From Marsupella aquatica (taxonomy: Eukaryota > Plantae > Marchantiophyta): a stretch of 64,000 nucleotides of DNA. The DNA lies in the NCBI GenBank assembly GCA_973895155.1, contig OZ316892.1, positions 16,916,357-16,980,356 on the forward strand, in the 5' to 3' direction. The translations under genes and the position numbers were made by a program. A model generated the notes under the pieces. That model worked only from the letters and a program-made list of their open reading frames with translations. It was not told the origin of the DNA and searched no databases. Positions 51,630 through 63,781 of this stretch are shown piece by piece (position 1 is the stretch's first letter; each line of letters begins with the position of its first letter).

Positions 51630-54159
51630 ATCTGGAGTTTGAGTAGCTATTATTGCCAGGAATGCCCTTGTAACAGGGTGTTCATACACTTAAGGCCTAG
51701 GGAATTTTTAGTAAAAGTAGACAATAAATTTAGCAAGGGCCCATCCAAATCTTGACAGTGCACTGTTCATCATACAAGCACCAAATAGTACAAAAATAAT
51801 AACTTGAAGGGCATTAAGCGTGCAAAGGGCTTTGGTGAATCCAATTACAACACTTGTGCACTCTTAGGAGTTGAGTGCCTCCCTGTTTCCATTGGAGTGA
51901 TAAGAGAATGACTCTATTTTTCATGTGTCAAGTTTTGTGTGCAAAGGGCTTTTGTGTGAATCCCACTTTGGGATGAGATTTGTGCAAAAGCCGGTCATCT
52001 TATGAAGCTTGCACTCAGAACCCTCACTCATTGCAAAGAATACTGTTGCCATCGGGCTACACTTGTTGGGACAACTAATGTCAAGCAATTTTTGTGTGTA
52101 TGTGGATCCACACGCCATAGGTAGCACTAGGAAATTTGAAGACATACACTAGGTATGTCCTTCACTTTCTATGCATGATGGGTAGCGCACAATAGCAATT
52201 AACATTATGTGGCAAGACCCAATTGGCAGCAATAAATAAGTTTCCCAAGAACTCTCATCCATAACCTCTACAGAGGCACTTCAAGATTTACTATGTGCCT
52301 CTTGTTACCTAAAGGCACACTAAATTCTATTCTTAGTTTAATTATTACAATTGCATGACGCAACCTTACAACAATAGTTAGATTGAATCAATTTGTCTAT
52401 CAACATCTGGTGAGGTTTCACCATTAATTGAATGGTCATCCATGTCCTCTACCCTAACCCCAACGCCCATTCCAACCCTCAACATTGCGTTGAGTCTCTT
52501 CCTTAGTTTGTTCTCTCTGCCCTCCTGGTTGGCTGGCCCACTCCCCCCTGATGCGAGAGGGGTGTTGAGGTTAACTTGTATGAGAGTTGTGACAACTTTC
52601 TGATGATGAAAATCTTCCTACTTAACTCTAGCACCTAGTTAGGTTAATTGGAGCGTAGCTTAACCATGGTTAAATCTTCTGAGGCTAGTAGTGGAGAGGG
52701 CCAATACCCTTGAGGGAGCACTTCATTGCACTCACACTAGTGATTAGTCTCCAAGAGTTCAAGACTGGAGAGAGAAGAGGATCCTGTCATAGAGTAGTTT
52801 GTGGCTTGCAAGACTATGACAAATGTACACTATCAGTGAACAATGTATTTTTTCTCTTGACCAAGGACATAGCCCAGATGGGGTGAACTACATACTTTTA
52901 TGCTAGGATCAGTTACATGTTGTATACTGGTTCCATGCAACTTCTTGTTGTCCGATTTTATCTCAATAAAAATATCTGTTTCTTCAAGTGTGAAGGCAAG
53001 AGAATAAGAACCAAAATAGTTGGAGTGTAAAATCTTTCAAGGAAATTGTTTGAACTCCTTGTTATGATGATAATATGAACAATAATAGTCCCTCAAAACA
53101 TGGGCTAAAGCCCCCATTTTGGGGGACACTACAACAAACAATGCCTTGGAAATAGGGAGCTGTTGCATACAAACTAGGCCTATTTCTCTCCTTTTTGCCT
53201 CTCAAAGTGGGCCTGTGCCCAATGACAGACTGTGCAAGATGCGAAATCTGAAAGAGAACAAATTTACCAAACAAGGATTGACAATGCGGAGTGTGCAAGA
53301 AAAAAAGGAAAACAACTCTAGAGGGGACCAAAAGAAAACTAGTGAGTAAAGAGATTGGAAGAAAAGATAGGAACCACTTAAACCACAACTTCCCCTATAA
53401 AAGGGCCTCTGCCCTGCCCGGCTGTTCATTAGTCTCTGCCCGAGTGAACAGTTCAACCAGGTGAACAGTCTTTCCCGAGCCAGCCCATCCCTCTCCCTTT
53501 GCTTCTCCAGTGACGTGGTTGTGTGTGTCACTGCCCATCTCTCCCGTCAGTTTCTTCTGGGACACAACCTTCCCCTTTGCAGATTGACCTTAGTGTGGGT
53601 GATCACAAGTGAAGGAGTAGTTCTGCAAAGTCACGTGTTGCCTAATTCTGTTGGTTTTGTTTCTGCATTGGACATTGGCATTCTGCAATGCTGCCCATTT
53701 TCATTGGACGTACATTGCGCACTCCCACTTGGTTCGTGAGATTGCACTTTGTCTTTGTTTGTTTGAATTGTAGTTGGCCCGAAGAAATGGTGTTCATTCT
53801 GGAAATGTCTCGCAGTTCATGCAGTGATACCAAACAATAACTTGGAAACCACGGTCTGCCTCTACTCACTTTCAATTTTGTAATAATTTTTCAGGAAGGG
53901 TATTCTCAATCGCTATTCTTGTTTAACAATCAAATATGGAATCACAAAGGGATTGATCGGGATTAGTTGTAAAGAAGGTTGTTGCTCGACCAAATTCTGA
54001 AGAGAAATTCTCTTTGATCAATTCTTCAATAGAGAAATTCATCTCAAGCTACTGTATAGTTGTTTTTTCACCTTTGGTGGGTTCTTCAGGCCCTACAAAA
54101 CAGACCGGTTTATCAATCTAGGGGAAACCTGGTCGACCGTGGAGCTGGGAGGAAACCTG

Positions 54160-55650
54160 GTCAACAATGGAGCCGATATGTCTTCGTCATTCGGAACTGG
54201 GTGCAGCCAATGTTGTTTATCTCCTGGTATGTTGTGTACTACTCCATGACCTCTTGCTCCAATCTCGTCAATTTGTGAACTGTTTGTGGAAGCTCATGGC
54301 CACAGTATGCCCAATCATCTACTCCTTGCTACACCGAGACTCCCAGTTCTGCCACAATGGTACAAAACTACCGTCAATGGCCCTTGTATTCCTTGCTTTG
54401 GAGACCACAGGCTCACGGACTCCACGGAGCTTGAGACACCGTCGAGGGTGTAAATTCTGATGCGATGGAGTACTTCTTGACATTGTTGCAGTGCTGCCCA
54501 GAGCCGATAATTGCTCATGAAATTGAAACAAAATGGTACTCTGATTCGACATTCCACGCGAGAGGATGTCCAGGAGTGCAAAGGGATGAGCCAAGCAAGG
54601 AGGCAATCCGGTAATTTGGGGTATGCTTCTGATAGTCGACATGATTATAGCCCTATTGCATAAAATTATGCGATACATACTGTGAGACGACTTGAGACCC
54701 TGAAGAAGTTCCGGTTCCGATTATTGAATGAGAGACTACATCATTTGATCAATTTCTCGCTAACACGAACGCAGGCTGACGGTCATTTCTGGTTGAGGCT
54801 GTTAGATAGTTTCTCAACCGAGATAGTTCCCACAACTCCTTTCATCACAATGTAATCTCACCATGCCGGCTAAATTTGTCTTAGTTACTACAGTAGATCC
54901 CTCACTAGAAATATGGTTACTGGTGTCCCAGGCCGGTTCTTTGTGATTATGAGTCAAATTATTCTGGACTTCTCTCGCTGACGATAAGATCGGCTATTGA
55001 AATATCTGGGTGCAGATAGACCAAGGCGTGAGGCCTTTGGTGCCACCTATAGGGAGCAACCCAACCAAAGATAACAATTGGCTATCAAGTTCTCTCATCG
55101 TGCTCGCTGCAAGCTACTTTTGGTCCTCTGAATATCACCAATTACAGTACTCTACCACCAGGCTGGGGTATTGACAGATTTCCATGTACTAAACTCGTTC
55201 CTCAAGATTGCTTTCGCAAAGGCAGGGAGATTGACTATCTGCGTGCTCTTCAGCAACTCAAGACTGTCCTACCTGCCATCCATGGGGGTAAGATTCCACT
55301 ACCTAAATTTTTAGAAACTTTGGAGGCTCTAACCATAACAGGTACAACAATCAACGTTCCACCTCATATGATGAAATCTCACTCAATTCAAGTATGCCCG
55401 TCAATAGAAGTGTAGTGTGACCGTCCTCGGGTGTGATAGTTACTACTTGTTCAAGTGGAGTTGCGATTGTGTTCTCCAAAAGGGTTGCTTCAACGTTGAG
55501 TGAGCAACAGGGTGAGTCGATGCATTGATGAGAAGAATTGTTACTACAACAATTTAGATGTCAAATGGAGGAAGATGGAACCCAAATTGTTGTTTTGGTC
55601 ATGGTCTGCAATCAACATGTAAAAAAAGATTGGCGATATTGGACAGTACC
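54160..55650 (+). pseudogene. Heavily decayed possible hAT (ZNF862-like) transposase remnant
   Basis: Scattered motifs in shifting frames and in the expected order (ALETTG, MRWSTS, LHHLINFS, DRFP, VTVLG, DALMR), with many stops. Recognised from memory only. Confidence 0.3.
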
Positions 55651-55806
55651 TTATATGAAGCCTTTGCAACAATTGATGCTGGTTGGCAATCGATATAAGA
55701 GTTGTGATATTTTGAAGTAATTCACCCTTACTCTACACTCTTGTTTCCTCATTCCAATCATCACCTTTTGACTAACATCTGCCTTTGCTATGGCAGTCTC
55801 GAAAGA

Positions 55807-56205
55807 ATGGCTACCTGACCAAGGACCAAGGTTATATTGTGTGAATCCGAGGATGGGACGTTTGTCTTGACTTGGTCAGATGCCCAAGCTCAACATGAGG
55901 CTCCTCCCATCCAACGTAGGACTAACTTAGACGAGATCCGCTATGATTTCTCTGAATTCTGTCGTGTGGTCACAGAATGTCATGAGGCCCTCAATCCTGT
56001 TGTACCTTTGGAACAAATTTTGATTTGTGCGGCATACAATTATGTGGATAGTGTGATGAAGAGGAAGCGCTACCAAGTCTACACACACTTGGCTTGGGTA
56101 TGTGGTTATGCGAAGCGAACAAAGTTCCCGGATGCAGTCGAATCAGTCATAAAAGCAACATGGCATGACCTGGATGAAGAATTTGTAGGATTTCGGCCAT
56201 ATTAG
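55807..56205 (+). pseudogene. 132-codon KolX/Nanor/P2X7-ballast-like ORF with a premature stop at codon 4
   Basis: ATG GCT ACC TGA... aligns without gaps to 63307-63705 (70/132 identical residues by manual count). C-terminus KRYQVYTHLAWVCGYAKRTKFPDAVESVIKATWHDLDEEFVGF. Confidence 0.6.
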
Positions 56206-56269
56206 TCTTTCATATTGTAATGTGTTTGCATACTTATCATTATAAAAAAAATCTCATCTTTGAGATTGA

Positions 56270-56316
56270 ACTCTCGCTGGTTGGCAGCACAAGGGGTTCA
56301 AATCCCCTTGGGAGTA
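56270..56316 (+). ncRNA. tRNA-like structure lacking an anticodon arm (copy 1)
   Basis: ACTCTC/GGGAGT acceptor-like stem, GCTG-GTTGG-CAGC D-like hairpin, AAGGGG-TTCAAAT-CCCCTT T-arm and an unpaired 3' A. 40/48 identical to copy 2, with one compensatory pair change. Confidence 0.6.
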
Positions 56317-56474
56317 ATTTGTTCATGCATCTGCCTCTTTCCTACATGTACCCTGTATTTTTCAATTGAAACTCCAGGACATTGGCCAAGTAGGCTAAAG
56401 GCTGGGTTTTCTAACATTTTTGAAGTGTTGGTGTAGGGTAAAATTTAGGGTATTGTTGGTAAAAAATTCCAAGT

Positions 56475-58270
56475 ATGGTAGGGTTCATAGTGGGAGGAAG
56501 AGAGGAATGCACAACTACAAAGGGATGCACGGGAGAGGCCCAGATCTTTTGAGGCTGGCCTTGGGTTGGCGCCCGGAAGGGTTGGACTCCCTGCTGGACC
56601 AAACTGGGCGGCTGGATCCTATTTTGCTGGCGGCCCCACTGTGGATGCAAACATGCGGGAGGAGCAAGAGCCAGAGGAGGTAACTGAAGAATGTATAAGA
56701 ATTCTCCAAGTGCAGACAATTCTAAAGGGGACTGGCACGAGAAGCTATATACTACTGTGGAATGGAGTTTGGAGGAAGCAGCCACAAATGTGCGGCAATT
56801 ATACAATTGTGCTATTCTGTGCTATTTCACGGATAGAACACCATTGCTCCCAGTGTTCAGAGAGTGGGTGGAAGAAGCAATGGTGAGAGAAATGAATTGG
56901 ACGGTGGTGCAAATCAAGTTTGTAGGGAAGAACTTTTACCTTGTGGTGTTCGAGCAGCCGGATCACAGAGATGCAGCCCTTGCCTGCGCCCCTTGGTTTA
57001 TGGAGTGCAGGTTTGTTTACACATTTGCTTGGGACCCTTCATTTGACTTGAAAAGCGGGAATTACACTAAGCTCCCGGTTTGGATTGAAATTCCGTTTTG
57101 AGCACTGGTCTTAGAAGGTTGCAGACGGAAGATGCTGAATCCTTTGGAAAGCTGCTCTATTATAAATAGGGAGACGGAAGTAGCTCTTACCCGCATGACC
57201 GTGCTTGCATACTGTGGGACACGGAACGAGAGGTTCCTGCAAGTGCCAGGATTCGTTTGAGAGACGACATTGTAATTTGGCAACCCATGACATTCCGCAA
57301 CATACCGCATCACTGCTTCAAATGTAATGTTAAGGGGCATCTAGCTCGTGACTGCAGCTATGGACTTCCGGAATAGACAACTGACCTACCAGGTCCTACG
57401 GGGGACACGGGACATGCTGGCGAGGCCCCTATGGAACACCAAAATACAATGGGCAAAAGCATACATACTAGGGGAGGGGAAGGACGCAATGTGGAAATTC
57501 CGGTGAGAATGGTCATCCCAGTGCTTGCGGCTCCACTGGAATTGGGAGCTGACGCGGATATAGGAACCGGGCACAATAGCTTGAGAGTGGGTGCGGGGGA
57601 GATTGATGTTCACCTGGGGAGATCTGCTACTATGGGGAGTGAGGATATTCCTAGGATGGTGGGGGCGATGGACCGAGGTCCCATGCTGGATTCTCTACCG
57701 ACCATTGGGTTGGAGGAGGTCAGAGGGGGGCTGCCACTGGATTTCACCCAAGGGAATGCTGCAAGCGGATCAAGGGCATCAATTCGTAGTGGGGGGAGAG
57801 AACCGTTTGTTGCTAATACTCCAGGGGAGACGGGGGCCAATGCAGAGGCCGATGAATTACAGTCACTACATGAAGATATTGACATGGAACTCTCTGAGTA
57901 TGAAGACAATATAGCTCGTAGCCAAATCAAATCTCGGGCTAGGAAGCAGGAGTTACGCACGCCAATAGGTCGAGCACTTGAGAAGGACAAAATTGAGGGG
58001 AAAAAGCAAAGATCATTAAGCTTCTCACATGATTTACTGTTGGATGCAGGCGAGCAGAGAAGGGGTAAGGAGTTGTTGAGCTTGCAAGGTGAAAGGGAGG
58101 GCATGGTACGAGCAGAAAGAGAGTCCCGACAGCGTGCTCAGAAGGATGAGATCACACCAAATGATAGAGAAGCTGGTATCAACAAGGCAAACACTACTCC
58201 CTTATTTGCGGTGCTGGGAGATGTGGGCTCTCCGGAGAGGAGACCTCGCATCTCGAACATGAGTAAGTAA
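56475..58270 (+). pseudogene. LINE ORF1 (DUF4283-like domain + CCHC knuckle)
   Basis: GKNFYLVVFE..DAAL..APWF..FAWDPSF..LPVWIEIP, then CFKCNVKGHLARDC. Contains stops and frameshifts. Start approximate. Confidence 0.8.
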
Positions 58271-58314
58271 AGGCGAATTTGAGGTAGGGGTGCGAGACTA
58301 TCTTCGGGGTACAG

Positions 58315-61300
58315 ATGGAGCCTGCATGGAGAATAGGCTCTTGGAATGTTTGTGGGTTATGCGAACCTAATAGGAAGCATGTGGTGAAAAATTGGGTACA
58401 GTCATTGAGAGCTCCTCTGGACATTTTGGCACTGTAAGAGGTTAAGTCGGAATAGTTTAGATTGGATATGGCATTACGCACCATACTTCCCTTGTATCAA
58501 CTTTTCTCTGCTGCACCTGATGAGGGCAGAGGGGGCTCCACGCTGCTTGTACACCCCTCGCTTAAGGTGGTTGCCTCTGGGCAATTGGATTTGGGCCGTG
58601 CAGTATGGGTAATCATCGAACATTATAGTGGGCGAATTGGGATTGCCAGTATATATGCACCAGCTGCAAATTCAGCAAGGCTTCGGGCCCTACTATGGCA
58701 TGAGATTAAGGAGGGATTGCCACAGGCTGAGTGGGTACTGTGCGGGGACTACAACATGACTGAAACCCGGCTTGATTCATCGGGCGGCTCTTCCCTGCTA
58801 AGAGGTCGGGAGGCAGAATATTGGAGGTTTTTACAAGTAAGACTAGGTTTGATTGATGTGTATAATATGGGGTGCACGGTAGCTGGATCCAGATTTACAT
58901 GGCGAAGGGAAGGAACATGGAGCTTGCACAATCTCGCTTAGACCGAGTGTACCTGAGTAATAAGGGAGAATGGTTGGCGGGTCCTGTGGAACTCACGCAT
59001 GATGGGGGCATGGCACTGTTGGATCATGATCCGATTATAGTTGTACTGAGGTTACAGAATGAGATACCGGATATTGCCAGAGGCAAAGTGCATTTCTTTA
59101 AGGCTAATCCGTCCTTACTCCGGGATCGCATGAGAGTGGATTTACTTGAGGCAGCCTGGAGATTGGGGGGCCAGGGGGAAACAGATATTCATTTTAGATT
59201 TTCAAGAGCCAGTAAGAAGATGAGACAGAAATATATTGAGTTGCAAGCCTCCCCACGACAAGGAGAGGACGAGATGAACTTTTTGAGGGATCAAGTAAGA
59301 GCGCTGAAGACAGCAATTGTGGAAGAATACTCGGATGAGGAGTTGATGGAGCTGTTGAGTAGGGAGGATCAACTGCATGCGGCCGAGCTAGAGTCTGCAC
59401 ACCAGGGACGGCGCTTGGCCCGGATAAAATGGCTGGGGGAACGGGATGAATCGACAAAGTTCTATTTTGCTACAGTTAAAGCTAAAAGGGAGAGGAAGGC
59501 TATGCGGATGCTAGTAAGGGACGATGGAACTGTAATAATAGACAGCCGGGAGATTCTAAAGGAAGCGGAAATGCAATGTGAGGAATTATATGCTCCTAGT
59601 AGGCTCTCACCGGATGAACTGTTGGTGAGCAGGAAATGCACGAAGCACTCTGATGCAGCACACCAGGTTTTCATTCACTGCAGCCGAGAGTAGCAGGATG
59701 GAGGCGTTGCCTACACTCTTGGAGGTGAAAACGGTGCTATGGCTTCTTCCTGGGGACAAAGCACCTAGGACGGATGGGCTAACAGTTGAGGTATTTCGTG
59801 AATGTTGGGAATTCACAAAGGATGATCTGCTGGCTATGATTCAGGATTTCTGGCTGACAGGGAAGTTGGCGGCTGAGATCAAGGATGGGCTCATTAAGTT
59901 CATTCCCAAGAAACCGGATAAGAGACACTTGAAAGATTGGTGGCCTTTGACAATGCTCAACATTACTTACAAGATTCTGGCCAAATTAATTGCACTGAGA
60001 ATCAAGCATCTACTTTGTCAGCTGATTAGCCCACAGCAAACCGACTTTATCCCGGGATGCCATATTTTAGAAAACATTTCTCTTGCCTAGCTTACCAGCG
60101 ATTGGGTACATAATCGCAAGCAGGAAGCTTTGTTTCTAATGCTGGATTTTGAGAAGGCATTCGACCGGGTGAATCATGAATATTTGTGGGAAACCATGCA
60201 ACTTCTTGGTTTCAATAGTAGAATGATAAACTTAATCAAGGCGCTTTTGGTTGATGCTTCCTCATGTGTATTGGTGAATGGTTTTCTCAACAAATCTATC
60301 TCGCTGAGGCGGGGAGTCCGGCAAGGATGCCCTCTCTCCCCTTTACTTTTTGTCATCTCTACACAACCCCTTATGGACTTTCTGGATGCTGAGATGACTA
60401 CAGGAAGACTGAGTGGTATACAGGTCACAAATGGGCTGCAGGTTTGTTATAGACTTTTTGCTGACGATGTGGGAATGTTCATTCTGGCTTCAGCGGTGGC
60501 ATTCCGAGAGGCAACCGAGGCTCTGTCCTGTTACGAATGTGCATCTGGTGCGAGGCTGAATTTGAGGAAATCTGTAATTGTGCCGCTTGCTATGATTGTG
60601 GTGCCGGAGTGGCTTAAAGCAACTGGTTGCCAGATCAGTGGTTTTGGTGAAGTCCCAAAATATTTGGGTGCTCCATTTGGAATTGGGTTAACATCGGAAA
60701 ATCTGCACAGATTTTGCCTTGACAGAATCGCCTCCAGATTGTCCTCTTGGTCTAACAAATTACTGTCATTCACGGGTAGGGTGCTGCTAGTGAAGCATGT
60801 GCTGATGGCTACCCCAATGTACCATGTGATGTACATGAAGGCTTCTGAAGGTCTGTCAAAGAAAATGGTTGCCCTATGCAGGGATTTTTTGTGGGGGGTG
60901 AATCCGGCGGGAGGGAAAAAGATCCCATTGGTTGCTTGGAACAAGATGACCAGGCCTAAGGTTGATGGAGGTCTGGGCCTCAGGGATTTTCGAAGCCATT
61001 CTGATGCGTTGTTGACCCAGTGGTTCATGAAGGCTTTGGATTCCCCCAGGGCAGAGTGGTCAAGGATGCTATGTGCTAACCTTGGTATTATGGGCTGGCA
61101 GAATTTCAAAATGATCAGAAGGAACCAATATACCTTGGCGGATAAGCTTTTGCTATGCACCCCTCGCTCTTTTGGTGGAATGAATTATACGGGTGGGATC
61201 TGGAAGGCCTGGGAGACTTTGAGGACACACATTTCCTTTGTTCCAAGTGTTGAGGGGTTTCCAGGGAGATGGAGTGTGATGGATGCTATTAAGTGCACAC

Positions 61301-61635
61301 AGGGATTTCACAACTGGACTGCGGTGGAGCTGGCCTTTACTGCAGAGATGTATGGTCGGATTGGGATCCGGGTAATTGCCGACTGCTGGTCCCCTGAAAC
61401 GAGAACATGGAGGGACTTCTCTACTCGCTGGAATACGTTGCGGGGATGGGACCAGGTACATAGGGATAGATGTATGAGGCTTATGATTCTGATTGGTAAA
61501 GGACGTTGCTGCTCCCTTCAGCTTGAGCCCGGGGCACGTTGTTGGAGATGGATGGATCAAGATGGCCCTCTGCATACATTTAAGATCCCCAATCACCGGG
61601 TATACCAGATGCTGAGACCACAGGGTACTGATTAC
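58315..61635 (+). pseudogene. LINE ORF2 (APE endonuclease + reverse transcriptase)
   Basis: IGSWNVCGL, SIYAP, LCGDYN, SRLDRVY, DHDP, KAPRTDG, YKILAK, LDFEKAFDRV, GVRQGCPLSP, LFADD, KYLG and GGLG. Several stops and frameshifts. Confidence 0.9.
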
Positions 61636-61789
61636 TTAAACCACAACTCGGGGTATATAAGGACCCCGAGCCCTGCCCCCCGCTCGTGCCACTCTGCCCG
61701 TTGGGTCAGAGTGTCGTTCAAACCCGAGGGACTAACCGGGGTCAGCAGGGCCGCTCCCCCTTCCCTCCCACCAGCCCTAGAGCGCGAAA

Positions 61790-63140
61790 AGCTGCCCCTA
61801 CGAGCTGCTGGCCTCCTGCGAGCTGCTGGCCTCCTCTCGCACTCCTCCCTCCAAGCTTTTGGCTGCCATAGCCCTGTTCGCCTTGCCCATGCTCGCACTC
61901 CTCCCTTCGAGCTTTTGGCTGCCATAGCCAGCCATAGTGTACCCATGCTCGTTGCGCATCGGCTGCCCCTAGTTGTTGTTGCCACTGAATCAATTTGTTG
62001 CTGAAGTTGCTTCATGAAACTTGCTACTTCTTCAAGTCGCTGCTGTTGAGGCTGTTGCTGCTGAGGCTCGCTACTGCCTCCCAGCTGAATGTGTGGCCTC
62101 CTCCCTTCAAGCATACGGCTGCCATAGCCAGCCACTGACTGCCTCTGCTCGCTGCGCCCTCGGCTGCCTCTGCTTGCTGCGCCCTCGGCTGCCTCTGCTC
62201 GCTCCGCCCTCGGCTGCCGTTGCTTGCTATTGCTGCTGAATCGATTTGGTGTTTGATCTCGCTGCTGAATCGATTTGTTGCTTCAACTCATTGCTTGAAC
62301 TCGCTCACACCTCGTTGCTGTCTCCCTCCAAATCTGAAATTGCTCATACCTGGTGCATTATTGGCTGCTCCAACATTGGCTCCTGCAACATCAGCTGCTG
62401 CAAGCTTGAATAGTTTGATTTGCTCTCGACAGGGTGCTGCTGCGAGTTGCTGCAACATCAGCTGCTGCAAGCTTGAATAGCTTGATTTGCTCTCGACAGG
62501 GTGTTGCTGCAAGTTGCTACAACATCAGCTGCTGGTAGTTGCTACAACATTGGCTGCTACAAGCTCGAATAGCTTGATCTGATCTTCATAGGGTGCTGCT
62601 GGGAGGAAGGACCGGTTTTTGTTCGATTGAAGGCTGCCATAGGTTCATGAGCTGCCGGTCGGAGGACATACTTTTCTTGGAGGAGAGGCATCGGCTGCTG
62701 CTCAGCTCCTGCTCAGCTCGGTTGTTGAAGGACCGGAAGCTTCAATCAAGGCTGCTGCTCGGCCTACTCCTGTTGTTGCTTGACTGTTGCTGCTGGTCGG
62801 CTGCTTCTTGGTTGTTGCTGCTGCTCGGCTGCTGCTCGGCTGCTACTTCGCTGCTGCTCCACTGCCACAACTAGAGCTTCATTTTTCCAGGGCCCTCTAT
62901 TTCTGCTCGCTGCTGCTGGTTTTGAAGTCGCTACTCATGGCTGTGAGCTCACTTCTCCTCCGTTGCCATAGCAAAAGCTCCGTTTTGCCATAGTGCACAA
63001 TATTGGCCCTGTTTGGTGCTCGCTGCTGCTCGGCTGCCGTACATAGCTACTGCCATTGCTGGAGCTACCTGGTTTGGTGATTGCTCGATGCTGCTTGTTC
63101 CTGTTGCAGCAAGAACTTGCTACTGCTCCTTGTTGCTGGT
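61790..63140. repeat. GCT/CTG-rich low-complexity internal region of E2 with short tandem duplications
   Basis: Recurrent GGCTGCCATAGC and CGCCCTCGGCTGCC, and ~66-bp units (CAACATCAGCTGCTGCAAGCTTGAATAG) at 62386-62580. Confidence 0.75.
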
Positions 63141-63306
63141 TTGTTATTATTTCAGATCGATTCTCGTTTGGCCAAGCAAAGCTTTTCGTGGCGGAGGCTT
63201 CAATTTTGTTGGCATTCAATATACAATCGTGAATGTGGTACATTTGGTAAAATTCTGAAGCTTTGGGGATATTGAATTTCTCACTCTAATTTCTCACGGC
63301 AAGAAG

Positions 63307-63705
63307 ATGGCACCAGTTAGAAAGTTGAAAGTCATGTTGACTGAACATGCAGATGGAGTTTACAAATTGTCTTGGCAGGATCCAAATCATGTTGAGGGTT
63401 CTCCGCCCACTATTCGGACTGTCACATTGCAAGAGGTCCAAACAGATTTTCCAGACTTTTGCAATGTAGTTAGACAATGTCATTCTGATCTCAATCCAAC
63501 AGTTGCGGTAGAACAATTCATCTTGTGTGCTGCATACACTTATGCAGAGACCGTCATGAGAAGAAAACGATTTCAGGTTTACACTCACTTGGCCTATGTG
63601 GCAGGCTTTGCCGATAGAACTAAGTTTCCTAAAGCAGTCGAAACTTGTGTGAAAGAAACTTGGCATGATGAAGGGGAGGAATTTGTAGGATTCCTCCCTA
63701 ATTAG
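63307..63705 (+). CDS. 132-aa KolX/Nanor/P2X7-ballast-like protein
   Basis: Intact ATG..TAG ORF, paralogous to 55807-56205. The C-terminal R.RFQVY..L....G...R..FP..V...VK..W......FVGF pattern resembles the R..AY....G...R...P.C....IR..FP....Y.GF motif I recall for that domain. Confidence 0.65.
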   Translation: MAPVRKLKVMLTEHADGVYKLSWQDPNHVEGSPPTIRTVTLQEVQTDFPDFCNVVRQCHSDLNPTVAVEQFILCAAYTYAETVMRRKRFQVYTHLAYVAGFADRTKFPKAVETCVKETWHDEGEEFVGFLPN

Positions 63706-63781
63706 TTAGAGACATTATGGTGCCAAAGTTGATGTTCTCCTTGCAATTTGCTACACTACTAATAAATGTTCTTGCAGAACA

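Larger units (their letters stand above)
53382..56400 (+). mobile_element. Element E1: TTAA-preceded, Kolobok-like DNA transposon (left part; followed by a LINE)
   Basis: TTAA (53378-53381) then ACCACAACT..TATAAAAGG..GCCCTGCCC..CTCTGCCCG, matching 61640 onward. Contains the KolX-like ORF and tRNA-like motif also present in E2. Right end not found. Confidence 0.55.
56400..61639 (+). mobile_element. L1-type LINE retrotransposon, degenerate, interrupted at 61636-61639 by element E2
   Basis: ORF1 and ORF2 remnants in the correct order. The 5' boundary is approximate. Confidence 0.9.

Noticed and set aside
56206-56269. MALAT1/ENE-type triple helix upstream of the tRNA-like unit
   Set aside because: E1 has an A8 run but no clear paired U-rich internal loop, and E2 lacks the A run.
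56270-56316. Genuine tRNA gene or tRNA-derived SINE
   Set aside because: Only 47 nt, no anticodon arm, A- and B-box-like motifs too close together, no adjacent T4 terminator or tail, and its position is fixed relative to the upstream ORF in both copies.
61640-62004. C-terminal extension of the 624-aa LINE ORF
   Set aside because: It is read-through into the inserted E2 element after the TTAA and is not LINE protein.
61632-63275. Poly-Q, poly-L and poly-A ORFs in E2
   Set aside because: They arise from GCT/CAG low complexity, are open in several frames and have no counterpart in E1.
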